Origin: an uncultured delta proteobacterium
GTDB lineage: Bacteria > Myxococcota_A > Polyangia > Fen-1088
Direction: 5' to 3'
Assembly: GCA_963737265.1 (NCBI GenBank)
Contig: CAVTRY010000021.1
Location: forward strand, 160,001 to 224,000
DNA length: 64,000 nucleotides
A program made the position numbers and the translations under genes. This document shows positions 10,548 to 19,677 of the stretch, piece by piece (the stretch's first letter is position 1; each line of letters starts with the position of its first letter). Below the pieces are notes generated by a model. That model searched no databases, was not told the origin of the DNA, and saw only the letters and a list, made by a program, of their open reading frames with translations.

Positions 10548-11925
10548 CAAAGGCCTCCCGTTCAATGTCTTCCATGAAAATGGCGCGCCCCACTTCACCG
10601 CGCAGGCGGCGGACCTCGCGGATGCCCATGGCGCCCAGTACTTCGATCAATTGCGAGTGCCAGGCCCCGATCAGATTCACCATGCGTTGGGCGGCATGGG
10701 CATCGTTCGCCATGTCGACCTCGGCCACGCATTCTTCCTTGTGATCTTGGGTCGTGGCCCCGCGACACACGCGGCAGCCGAGCGCCACGAGCAGCGCGGT
10801 ATCCACGGCCACCAAGTCCGCGCCGCAGATGATGGTCTTGGCCATGTGCTCGGCCAGCGCGATGCCTCCGGACACAATGAGCGTCACCGCGTCGCGCATC
10901 CCATCCTTTACGAGGTGGACATGGATCTCGCGCAAGACGTCCTTGATGTGGCGCGGGTTTTCGACGCCAACCTCGCGGCCGTGCAGATCGGCGACCAGGT
11001 GGAACACCTTCACGCCTGTTTTGCTCGCCGCAACGATGCGGTCCGCGGCCGAGCCCTGCATGGCCACGCGGAGCCCGCAGATGAGACTTGGATTCGCGGT
11101 CTTCGCTTTTGCGATCAGCGCGAGCGCCTGCGCGCCGTCCACGAATTCCGCCATGCGCACTTGGCGCAACCATGGCTCCGCGCCGCCGAGCCCCTCGCTG
11201 CCGACCAGCGGAACGAGGAACGGCATTTGGTCCGCGGGCGCGCCCGCGACGTCGGCAGCCGGCGCCACGGCGAGAGTCTTGAGTGCCTTGGCCGCAGCCA
11301 ATCGCGCCCGGGCTGACGAGTGGCCGCCGATCTCCCACGGCGGGACGTCCAAAATCAGCGGAATCGGCAAGTCGATCAGCGTGCTGGTTTCGCCCACCAA
11401 CTTGCCGTCGGCGGTGAAGGACAGGCGCATGGGCTTGCTGCCGATGTCGACGCTGGTGCTGATGTACTCGCGGCCGTGGATGCCGTCGCGGGTGGGCCGC
11501 ACGATCTCGGACATGTCGGTCCAGATCGAATCAAAACCCGGACCGCAATAGCGCCCGCAGTAGCCCGCGCCGGAAACCGGAATGCGCCCGCTGTCGGCCT
11601 GATTCCAGGTGGTCGCCATGATGTCGGGCTTCCAGTACTCGTCGCCCATGGCCAGGTACTCTGGGTTGAACGCGATGCCGAGCAGCCCCTTGGTGCAGCC
11701 TTGGACGCAGGAAAGGCAACCGCGGCATTCGTAAAGCGGGTTGACCGAGGTACTTGGATCCCGGTTGTGGGCCGCTTCCTTTTTGTAGGTGTCGTACAGG
11801 CAGCGAGGTTTCACGCAGTTGGTACAGCGCGAACAATCCTCGCGCCAGTCGATGCTGCCGAACTTGCCCACCCGCCGGAAGTGGCCCGGGGTGGCGGCTG
11901 CCTTGATGTGATACTTGTCGGGCAT
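10528..11925 (-). CDS. Second, divergent GltB2-like subunit with ferredoxin domain
   Basis: Start MPDKYHI at 11925. CSRCTNCV, CRGCLSCVQGC, GPGFD, RDAVTLIVSGGI, GADLV, EVLGAMGIREVRRLRG. Lacks the MSFGS, TGEGG and QGAKPG motifs. Confidence 0.82.
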   Translation of the reverse strand: MPDKYHIKAAATPGHFRRVGKFGSIDWREDCSRCTNCVKPRCLYDTYKKEAAHNRDPSTSVNPLYECRGCLSCVQGCTKGLLGIAFNPEYLAMGDEYWKPDIMATTWNQADSGRIPVSGAGYCGRYCGPGFDSIWTDMSEIVRPTRDGIHGREYISTSVDIGSKPMRLSFTADGKLVGETSTLIDLPIPLILDVPPWEIGGHSSARARLAAAKALKTLAVAPAADVAGAPADQMPFLVPLVGSEGLGGAEPWLRQVRMAEFVDGAQALALIAKAKTANPSLICGLRVAMQGSAADRIVAASKTGVKVFHLVADLHGREVGVENPRHIKDVLREIHVHLVKDGMRDAVTLIVSGGIALAEHMAKTIICGADLVAVDTALLVALGCRVCRGATTQDHKEECVAEVDMANDAHAAQRMVNLIGAWHSQLIEVLGAMGIREVRRLRGEVGRAIFMEDIEREAFGDLVCK

Positions 11926-11942
11926 GGGCGGTTGCGGCCGAC

Positions 11943-12842
11943 TTACGCCAGGCGCGCCTCCTCGATGATGCGCGGAACGAGTGATTCGCAGCCGTCGCTG
12001 AGGATGTGAATGCCGCGCACGCCGGCGATGGCCTTCGCCTTGCCGGCGATCTCGGCGACGATGGCGATGCCTTCCTTGGCGACATCGCTGGCCTTGCGCA
12101 AGCGAGCGAGGACCTCGTCGCCAATCGGCGCGAAGCCAGAGCGGGCCTTGAGGAATTCCGCCTGGGCGACGCTGGTCAAGGGCAGCACGCTGGCGAGGAT
12201 GGCGGCTTTCCTGTCTAGCCCGGCCGCGCGCACCGCTTGCATCCATTGCTCGAACCCGGCGATGTCGAAGATGGGGTCGGTGAAGAGCACCTGGGCGCCC
12301 GCAACCAGCTTCTTTTTGAGCTGGAGGACGGCCAGCTCGATCGGGCGCAGATAGGGGTGAACCGCAACTGCAATACTGAAATCGGGTGTGGCTGGCAGCT
12401 TGTTCCCGTCGAAATCCACGCCTTGGGCGGCCATCTTGGACAACGCTTGGCAAAGCTGGGTTGAATCGATGTCGCAAGCGCCGGCCGCTTGCGGAGAGGC
12501 TCCGAGCGATTGATGGGCACCGGTCAGGCACAGAAAACTCTTGATGCCGAGAGCGGACGCCCCCAGCACGTCCGACTCGAGCGCGATTCGGTTGCGGTCG
12601 CGCGTGATCAGCGAAAGCATGGGCTGGATCTTCTCGGCGGCGAGCAAGGCCGCGCACGCCAGCGCCGACCCGCGCACCTTGCCGGGGTTGTCCGCGACCA
12701 CGACACCGTCAAGAACCGCGGGGAAGTAAGCAGCGAGCTTCTTCACAGAAGCGGCATCGGTCCCATGGGGTGGCAAACAGGCTGCTGTGAGTGCCGGCTT
12801 TCCGCCGCCCAGTTTCTCGGCCAATTGGGTCGCTGCTGTCAT
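11943..12842 (-). CDS. Methylenetetrahydrofolate reductase (MetF)-like flavoprotein
   Basis: PP.G, DNP, TRDRNRIALESD.LGA.ALG, CLTG.H, KKLVAGA..LFT.P.FD, GVRGIHI. Confidence 0.82.
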   Translation of the reverse strand: MTAATQLAEKLGGGKPALTAACLPPHGTDAASVKKLAAYFPAVLDGVVVADNPGKVRGSALACAALLAAEKIQPMLSLITRDRNRIALESDVLGASALGIKSFLCLTGAHQSLGASPQAAGACDIDSTQLCQALSKMAAQGVDFDGNKLPATPDFSIAVAVHPYLRPIELAVLQLKKKLVAGAQVLFTDPIFDIAGFEQWMQAVRAAGLDRKAAILASVLPLTSVAQAEFLKARSGFAPIGDEVLARLRKASDVAKEGIAIVAEIAGKAKAIAGVRGIHILSDGCESLVPRIIEEARLA

Positions 12843-12889
12843 CGCTGTCGTCCTCGTCGTCCTTGTCGTCCAGTTCGTAAAGGAGATTC

Positions 12890-13462
12890 CTAGGGCATGG
12901 CGCCCGTGCGCATCGGATTGGCGGAAATCGTTGCCAGGCGGGCCACAAACGCGTCACGGACCTCAGCGACTTTGCGCGTCACCGCCGTATCGAGAACTGC
13001 GGCCGTCGCGCTGTCTGAGCCTGCACCCAAGGTCATGTCCCGCGCGGCCGAGCCCGGCAGGTGGAAGATCATCAAGCGATTCGCGCCCAGGCCGATTTGG
13101 TTGAGCAATCCGTTCACATGATCGAGTCGGCGGAGGCACCGCCGATTGCCTTCGAGGTGATGGCAATCGCCTTCCTCGCAGCACACCACCCCGATGGCGT
13201 CGGCGCCGTCCTCGAAGGCCTTGAGAAAATGTTCCGGCTGCAAGCGGCCCGCACAGGGCACGACGACTTCGTTGACGGGAATCGGCCAGTTGAAATCGGG
13301 CGTGGACGGGCGCCGCCGAACCCCCGAGGTGGGCTCCAGCCCAGGCCGCGCGCAGTTTTCGCAGATGAAGGCAACGACCGCCGGGGCGCCCGAACGCTGA
13401 ACGGTCGCTGCGACACTTTGCCCCGGGATCGCTTGCGTGCTTGCGGCCCTGATGTCACTCAT
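12890..13462 (-). CDS. MvhD/FlpD-like iron-sulfur subunit (divergent), first gene of the operon
   Basis: VAFICENC, VPCAGRL..EHFLKAFEDGAD, CEEGDCHHLEGN. Confidence 0.8.
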   Translation of the reverse strand: MSDIRAASTQAIPGQSVAATVQRSGAPAVVAFICENCARPGLEPTSGVRRRPSTPDFNWPIPVNEVVVPCAGRLQPEHFLKAFEDGADAIGVVCCEEGDCHHLEGNRRCLRRLDHVNGLLNQIGLGANRLMIFHLPGSAARDMTLGAGSDSATAAVLDTAVTRKVAEVRDAFVARLATISANPMRTGAMP

Positions 13463-13710
13463 GCGTCAAGCCCCCTTCAAGCTGCGTCGCCTCCATGCAC
13501 GAGTTGCTTCGCGACTTCTTTCTCGGCTGGTCTTGCTTGAACATCTTCGAACATCTTTGCGAAAGCCACAGCACAAAAGCTGGAGGGAACCGTACCCGGA
13601 ACACCTACCGCTTGTCTACTGCGGAGGCTCCTTTTCAGCTATTTTCACCGTCGAATCAACGGTAAATCGACGGCATTACGGATTACAGGGTGCGAAATAT
13701 CTCCGCGGAA

Positions 13711-16050
13711 CTATTTCACGAAGATGCTGGGGACGGGCGGAGCCGCCATGTTGGGGCTGATGCGGAAGCCCGTGTGCGGCGGCTGGTTGTAGGCCGAGTT
13801 CTCGAACGCCACTTGGGCACGGTACGTAGGATCGTGCATAAGCGTGTAGATTCGGCGCTTGGTTACAGCCGTTGTCGTGTACACGAGCAAGGCCGAGTTG
13901 TCCGCCTTGCGCAGAACCAGCTCCTCGCGCCAATCGCCGAGCAGATCTGCGGTCAGCGTTGGGGTCGACTTGGTGCCGTTGTTCGATGCGCACCCGGCCG
14001 CGTCCAGCAAGGTGCCGCCGCCGACCTTGGTGATCGACGTGTCGTTTTCGAGCTCGCGCCATTCGTCGGCATCCCAGTAAATGAGGAAGTTGCTCCCGGC
14101 GTTGGGGGCGCCGCTGGCGCCGCTGGCGCAGTTGACGCTACCAACGCCGCTCGAGCAGGATGCGGCAGTCTCGTCTCCGGCACCGACGTATTCGGCAACG
14201 CCGCGGCCGTTGTCCCCGCCTCCCGTAACGTTGAAGTAGGACGTGCACGTGGCGGCGTCGTGACAGTCGTGCCCCCCTAGGCTCTCGTGAACCGAGAACA
14301 CGGAGATCCCCTTGCCAGCGACGAGCTCGCCTACGTGCAGAGCGTCGCCATGGCCAGTTCCGGCGAGGCACTTGAGGGTTCCTCCGCTGTCGACGGTGGT
14401 TGCGCCAAGGATGATCTCCTGTCCACCATCGCCGTCGGTGTCAGCCGCCATGGCCGAGTGGTCGCCACAGCCGATGACTGCACCGCTGCTGCTCGTGCAA
14501 CTGGGGTGATCGAAAATCCAGTTCTGCGCCAACACCCCGTTCCGGAAGGTCAATGAAGAAACCGTCGTACGCGTGTAGTAACCACGCTGCGTGATGATGC
14601 TCGGCAACCCCGTCGCCACGCCTTTTTCCTTCACGAACGCTACTCCTCCGTTGAAGCGGTCCACCCGGTTGCCGTAGCCGTCGCCCCAGGCCGAGACGCT
14701 GCCGCGGGGCACTGGATAGTTGATGGTCGCCAGTTCCTTGCCATCCGTTCCGCGGAACACCGTGATCCATTCAGGACCGGCGAGGATGTAGCCGGCGGCA
14801 TTACGATAGATCGCGGAGTTGTCGGCGCCGGCGGCAACGCCCGTGCTGAGATAGTTGCCCAAGCCATCCTTGGTCCCCGGCGCCGTTTTTACGGCCAATT
14901 CCGCCTTGCCGTCGCCATCGAAGTCGTACACCGACAGCTGCGTGTAGTGCGCCCCGGCGCGAATGTTCGGTCCCAAGTCGATGCGCCACAGACGCTTCCC
15001 GGCCAACGTATAGCCGTCGATATAGACGTCGCTGGTCACGCCCGATTGGGAATTATCCTTCGCATCCGAAGGATCCCACTTCAGCACGATGTCGAGTTTG
15101 CCGTCGCCGTCGAGATCCCCCGGTGCGCCATCGTTGGCGTTGTAAGTCGCGCTACCGGTCGGTGGCGTCAGCGGGATGCTGATGTAGTTCTGCGCCAAGG
15201 GCGTCGCCGCAGGAGACTGCGTTCCTTCGAGGCCTTTGATGATGGGTGTTACGGTGTAACTCGACGTGGCCTTGCCGGCGGCATCCAAGTAGTTGGTGCT
15301 GTCGGTGACGTTCACGAGCTTCGTTCCATCCCTATAAAGGTTGTACGAAACGTTCGTGGCGGTGGTGTCGTATTCGTAGCCCATCATGCGCCAACCCACA
15401 TAGACGCCGCCGCTGACCACCACCGCGACCACGCCGCGATCCAGATTCTCCATCTGATAGTGTCCGGTTCCCGAGCTTCCCCCCTTCGCCGGCGCTCCAC
15501 CTGTCGCAGTCGTGGTACCGCCCGTGACTGCCACACCACCGGTGCTGCTGCCGCTGATACCGCCGGTTCCGCTCGCGGTGCCGCCGCCGGTTCCGCCAGT
15601 CGTGCTGCCGCCGTTGCTCGTCGTGGCTCCACCGCCGATACCAACCGTGCTGCCGCCCTTGGCGCTCGTAGCTCCGCCGGTGCTATTCGTGGCGCCGCCG
15701 TTCTCGGTCACGAGGCTGCCGCCGTTACTCGTCGCCGCACCGCCGTTCGCCGCGACAACACTGCCGCCGAAACTGGTGCTGGCTCCGCCCGTGGCTTGTC
15801 CGCCCGAGCTGGTGGAGCCGCCGGATGTCGCGCCGCCGCCTCCGGCCACTTTGCCGCCGCTTGCATTTGAGCGCGCTCCTTGCCCACCATTGCACGCTGG
15901 GAGAATCATTCCCACGCTGGCCGTGCACAAGAATGCAAGAATTCGCTCTGCTCGACGCTGTTTTGCATGCTCTTGCTGCATACGTTCACTCAATGTTCCG
16001 AGCCCTTGATCGAGGTTCGCTGGCGCGGTGGTCTTTGCCACCGTCAGCAT
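13711..16050 (-). CDS. Rhamnogalacturonan lyase family 11 (YesW/YesX-like), probable lipoprotein with Gly/Ser/Thr linker; start uncertain
   Basis: QMENLDRGVVAV, GDLDGDG, WRIDLGPNIRAGAHYTQ, RGYYTR, NGTKSTP.L.ADLLGDWREE, TLMHDP.YR, YNQPPH. Lipobox-like LPAC. Confidence 0.92.
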   Translation of the reverse strand: MLTVAKTTAPANLDQGLGTLSERMQQEHAKQRRAERILAFLCTASVGMILPACNGGQGARSNASGGKVAGGGGATSGGSTSSGGQATGGASTSFGGSVVAANGGAATSNGGSLVTENGGATNSTGGATSAKGGSTVGIGGGATTSNGGSTTGGTGGGTASGTGGISGSSTGGVAVTGGTTTATGGAPAKGGSSGTGHYQMENLDRGVVAVVVSGGVYVGWRMMGYEYDTTATNVSYNLYRDGTKLVNVTDSTNYLDAAGKATSSYTVTPIIKGLEGTQSPAATPLAQNYISIPLTPPTGSATYNANDGAPGDLDGDGKLDIVLKWDPSDAKDNSQSGVTSDVYIDGYTLAGKRLWRIDLGPNIRAGAHYTQLSVYDFDGDGKAELAVKTAPGTKDGLGNYLSTGVAAGADNSAIYRNAAGYILAGPEWITVFRGTDGKELATINYPVPRGSVSAWGDGYGNRVDRFNGGVAFVKEKGVATGLPSIITQRGYYTRTTVSSLTFRNGVLAQNWIFDHPSCTSSSGAVIGCGDHSAMAADTDGDGGQEIILGATTVDSGGTLKCLAGTGHGDALHVGELVAGKGISVFSVHESLGGHDCHDAATCTSYFNVTGGGDNGRGVAEYVGAGDETAASCSSGVGSVNCASGASGAPNAGSNFLIYWDADEWRELENDTSITKVGGGTLLDAAGCASNNGTKSTPTLTADLLGDWREELVLRKADNSALLVYTTTAVTKRRIYTLMHDPTYRAQVAFENSAYNQPPHTGFRISPNMAAPPVPSIFVK

Positions 16051-16103
16051 CTCACAGTATTACCCCATAGTTAGGTATTCGAGCCGCGAAATCTTGATTT
16101 ACG

Positions 16104-16853
16104 TCAGGCGCGAAGGTGCGGGTCAGCACCCAAATTGCGTTCGACAGCGGAGAGCGCGGCGAAGATCGTCCGTTCGTCCGCGGCACCCAGCACTCCCCTG
16201 AATGCGTCGGACGAGGCAGACATCTGGGCCAACTTCGACAACCATGGCAAGTAGAGCTCGTCGTATTTGAGGCCGAGCACAAAGAAGAGATGGGTCGGCT
16301 TTCCATCGAGCGCATCGAAGTCGACGCCGTCGCGCGACCGCCCAAGCACCATGAAGGGCCGCACCACCTGCTGGGGATTGCGGCGCACGGTGTGAAGAAA
16401 CGCCACGCCGTTGCCCATCGCACTCGGCATGATGTTCTCACGCTCGACGAGCGCGCCGACGAACCAGGTCTTGTCGCGCACCAACCCGAGGCGGGTGGCG
16501 AGTCCGGCTAGCTCCTCGACCACAGCGGTCTTCTTCTTGGCGTGCAATTCCGGGATGATGTGCTCAGGCTGGAAGCAGCTTTCGAGTGCCAGCATTTCCC
16601 GCGCAGAAGCATCCTTGCTGCGTGCGACGTCGTGCTCGTCAACCAGGCGTGGCGTCACCCCCAGCATCTGGTCGTCCAACCAGGTGTCGATCATGGCCTT
16701 GCGAAAACGCCACTGGTTGCCGATCTTGACGCCCGGCAGGGCGCCGTCTGTGACCAGTTTCAGAACGGTCCGTTCGTTCAGATTTAGATAGACGGCCATC
16801 TGCTTGATGGTCATCAACTGGTCGTCGCTTTCTCGTGCCCCGCCAGACTTCAC
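16104..16853 (-). CDS. Excisionase-type HTH fused to PTS EIIA(Ntr/Fru) domain
   Basis: LMTIKQMAVYL..LPGVKIGNQWRF; ERE..SAMGNGVAFLH; DFDALDGKPTHLFF. GTG at 16853 follows AAGGAGGAG. Confidence 0.85.
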   Translation of the reverse strand: MKSGGARESDDQLMTIKQMAVYLNLNERTVLKLVTDGALPGVKIGNQWRFRKAMIDTWLDDQMLGVTPRLVDEHDVARSKDASAREMLALESCFQPEHIIPELHAKKKTAVVEELAGLATRLGLVRDKTWFVGALVERENIMPSAMGNGVAFLHTVRRNPQQVVRPFMVLGRSRDGVDFDALDGKPTHLFFVLGLKYDELYLPWLSKLAQMSASSDAFRGVLGAADERTIFAALSAVERNLGADPHLRA

Positions 16854-16871
16854 GCGATGGCTCCTCCTTAC

Positions 16872-16904
16872 TTGACAGGTCGGAAACAATACGTAGACTT
16901 ACGT
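16872..16904 (+). promoter_or_regulatory. Putative sigma70 promoter with overlapping palindrome
   Basis: TTGACA(16872)-16 bp-TAGACT(16894). ACGTA-GACT-TACGT inverted repeat over the -10. Confidence 0.45.
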
Positions 16905-16987
16905 CGGAATTCAAGGAAGTACATTCGTATGCATCCATTTACCAGTCTGGGCGACGCAGAATTTGCTCGCGATTTTCACGGCGCGCG

Positions 16988-17668
16988 ATGCAGTTGACGG
17001 TCGCGGACGCGGCGGCGCTGTTGCGCACGCCAGAGAAGCAAATCTATCGGTGGATCGACGGGGGCGAGCTAGCTTGCAACTGGTTCCACGATCAGCCCAG
17101 GTTCAATCGCACCGAGCTTCTGGAATGGGCGACCGCGCGGCGAATGCCCGTCGCCATCGAACAGTTCATCGACGACGAAGACGAATCTCCTCCGAGCTTC
17201 GTTGAAAGCTTGTCCGCGGGAGGCATTCACCGCCAGATTGGCGGCGCGGATCGCAAGGCCGTGCTTCGTGCCGTGGTAGGCGTGGTGCAGCTTCCAAGCG
17301 GCGACCAAGAGACCCTGCTGCAAGTCTTGCTGGCGCGCGAGGCGGCGGGAACGACGGGCATCGGCGAGGGCATCGCCATCCCGCACGTGCGGCATCCGAT
17401 TGTCATGGGTGGAATGCGGTCCTGTATCTCGCTGTGCTTTCTGGAAAAGCCGGTGGACTTCCACGCCGTCGATGGCGGCCTCGTTCACACGCTTTTTCTG
17501 ATGATCAGCGCCACGGTTCGCGGCCACTTGCAAAGTCTCGCCCAATTGAGCTCGACGCTGCGGGATCCGGGCTTCAAGGACGCGGTTCTTCGCCGCGCAT
17601 CGACGGACGACATTTTGCGCGAGGCCGCCCGCGTGGAAACCGCCTTTCCGCGCCCGGCGCGCCGCTGA
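16988..17668 (+). CDS. HTH fused to PTS EIIA(Ntr/Fru) domain, first gene of the ehr/hyf operon
   Basis: MQLTVADAAALL..IYRWI..RFNRTELLEWA; AREAAGTTGIGEGIAIPH. Confidence 0.88.
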   Translation: MQLTVADAAALLRTPEKQIYRWIDGGELACNWFHDQPRFNRTELLEWATARRMPVAIEQFIDDEDESPPSFVESLSAGGIHRQIGGADRKAVLRAVVGVVQLPSGDQETLLQVLLAREAAGTTGIGEGIAIPHVRHPIVMGGMRSCISLCFLEKPVDFHAVDGGLVHTLFLMISATVRGHLQSLAQLSSTLRDPGFKDAVLRRASTDDILREAARVETAFPRPARR

Positions 17669-17670
17669 CC

Positions 17671-19677
17671 ATGGTCTGGCTGCTCACCGCGATTGCGCTC
17701 CTCGTGGCGAGCGGCATCCTGGCGTTTCTCGCCTCCCGACGGCCACCCTTGAGCACGGCCATTGCGACGACCGGAGCCGTCGTCGCGTGTGCGCTTGGCC
17801 TGGTTCCCGCCGTTTCCGTGCTGCGCTGCCAAGGAGCGCTTGCGTGGCACATTTCATGGCCCTCGCCGACCGGTGATCTTCTTCTGGGTCTGGATTCGCT
17901 GTCGGCGTTTTTTCTGGCGCCGCTGTTTATGCTAGGGGCTTTGGCGGCCGTCTACGGCCGCAGATATATGCTTGCATTCAGTGGACATAAACGGCTCGGA
18001 CCGCCCACGTGCCTTTTCAATATTCTCTTGGCCGCCATGGTCGTGGTCGTGTTGGCTCGTGGCATGGTGCTCTTTCTGGTGGCGTGGGAAGTGATGACCT
18101 TGTGCTCGTACTTGCTGGTCACCTTCGATCATCAAGACCAGGGAGCGCGAAGAGCCGGGTGGGTGTATCTCGTGGCCGCGCACGTTGGCGAGGCGTGCCT
18201 CATCGCGATGACCCTGCTGCTCGGGCAGAAAGCAGGTGGGCTGGGCTTCGAGAATTTTCGCGCCATGCCGGCAGGCAGCGCAGGCTTTGGTGCGCTCATC
18301 TTTGCCTTGGCGACCGTCGGATTTGGCATCAAGGCCGGATTCCTTCCCTTTCACGTTTGGCTGCCCGAGGCGCACGCGGCCGCACCGTCGCATGTTTCGG
18401 CATTGATGTCGGGTGTCATGATCAAGCTGGGACTCTACGGACTTCTGCGCGTGACGACCTTCCTGCCGCCAGCGTCGTGGTGGGGACCGGCCTTGATGGC
18501 CCTCGGCCTCGGCGGAGCGCTGTGGGGGATCTCGTTGGCGCTTTGCCAACGCGACCTCAAGCGCGTGCTCGCCTACTCCAGCATCGAAAACATGGGGATC
18601 ATCACGCTTGGGCTTGGCCTCGCCTTCTGGCGCGCCAGCCGCGGCGACGTCGTGCTCGCCGGGCTCGCCGCCTGCGGAGCCCTGCTGCACGTGTGGAACC
18701 ACATGCTCATGAAGGGCCTGATGTTCTTCTCGGCCGGCAGCGTGCTCCACGGTGGCGGAAGCAAAGATATGGAACAGTTGGGGGGTCTGATGAAACCCAT
18801 GCCTCGCACCGGGACGGCCATGGTGATTGGAGCGGTGGCCATCGCTGGGTTGCCACCCCTCAATGGCTTTGTCAGCGAGTGGCTGATCTACTTCGGCCTG
18901 ATGGGTTCGTCGCGTGGCGGCGCAGCCAGCGTCGCGGCGCTGCTGGCCACCGGTCTCGTCGCCTTCGTTGGAGCCTTGGCCGCCCTGTGCTTCGTGCGCC
19001 TTGTTGGGGTGGTCTGCCTGGGCGAAAGACGTAGCACCACGGCCCATAAGGCACACGAGTCGCCCATTGGAATGACTGGCCCGATGGGACTGCTTGTTCT
19101 GGGCATTGTGGGACTGTCGATTTTCCCACAAGTGATGTTACAGGTATTTTCCCGTGTATTGCACCAACTATTCGGCCCGGCCGTGGCCGAACAATTGCGG
19201 CGGGTGCAATCATCGGTGGCTCGCCTGGGAATGGTCAACGCCGCCCTGCTGGCTGGCCTTGGCGCGGCCGCGGGGCTGTGGGTGCTGCTCCGGCGTACGC
19301 GCACGCCGTCGGTCGAGCCGATTGCGTCGATTGAAACTTGGGGTTGTGGCTACGCCGCCCCCACGGCGCGCATGCAGTACACGGCGCGATCCTTTTCGGA
19401 GTTGGTTTGCGACCGGCTCTTTCCCTCCTACCTGCGCGCTGTGACCGCGAAGAAAATGCCCACGGCTGCGTTTCCGTCGCCGGGGGCATTTTCGAGCCAA
19501 CACAAGGATCCGCTTACCCGCACTGTCTACGAACCGTTCTTCCTGCGCTGGGCGGACCGTTTCGCACGCTTGCGCTGGGTCCAACAGGGCGCCCTCCACA
19601 TTTACCTGCTGTATATCTTCGTCGTGGCCGTGGTGGCACTCGCATGGGTGTCATGGAGCACGTGGATGGCTTCATGA
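17671..19677 (+). CDS. HyfB/NuoL-like proton-conducting membrane subunit
   Basis: FLVAWEVM, KAGFLPFHVWLPEAHAAAPSHVSALMSG, LAYSSIEN, GLPPLNGFVSEW, TWGCGY. Confidence 0.88.
   Translation: MVWLLTAIALLVASGILAFLASRRPPLSTAIATTGAVVACALGLVPAVSVLRCQGALAWHISWPSPTGDLLLGLDSLSAFFLAPLFMLGALAAVYGRRYMLAFSGHKRLGPPTCLFNILLAAMVVVVLARGMVLFLVAWEVMTLCSYLLVTFDHQDQGARRAGWVYLVAAHVGEACLIAMTLLLGQKAGGLGFENFRAMPAGSAGFGALIFALATVGFGIKAGFLPFHVWLPEAHAAAPSHVSALMSGVMIKLGLYGLLRVTTFLPPASWWGPALMALGLGGALWGISLALCQRDLKRVLAYSSIENMGIITLGLGLAFWRASRGDVVLAGLAACGALLHVWNHMLMKGLMFFSAGSVLHGGGSKDMEQLGGLMKPMPRTGTAMVIGAVAIAGLPPLNGFVSEWLIYFGLMGSSRGGAASVAALLATGLVAFVGALAALCFVRLVGVVCLGERRSTTAHKAHESPIGMTGPMGLLVLGIVGLSIFPQVMLQVFSRVLHQLFGPAVAEQLRRVQSSVARLGMVNAALLAGLGAAAGLWVLLRRTRTPSVEPIASIETWGCGYAAPTARMQYTARSFSELVCDRLFPSYLRAVTAKKMPTAAFPSPGAFSSQHKDPLTRTVYEPFFLRWADRFARLRWVQQGALHIYLLYIFVVAVVALAWVSWSTWMAS

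Noticed and set aside
13539-13557. GAACATCTT direct repeat upstream of the Hdr-Glt operon as a LexA box
   Set aside because: Spacing is GTTC-N6-GTTC, not N7. It may be an operator but is unsupported.
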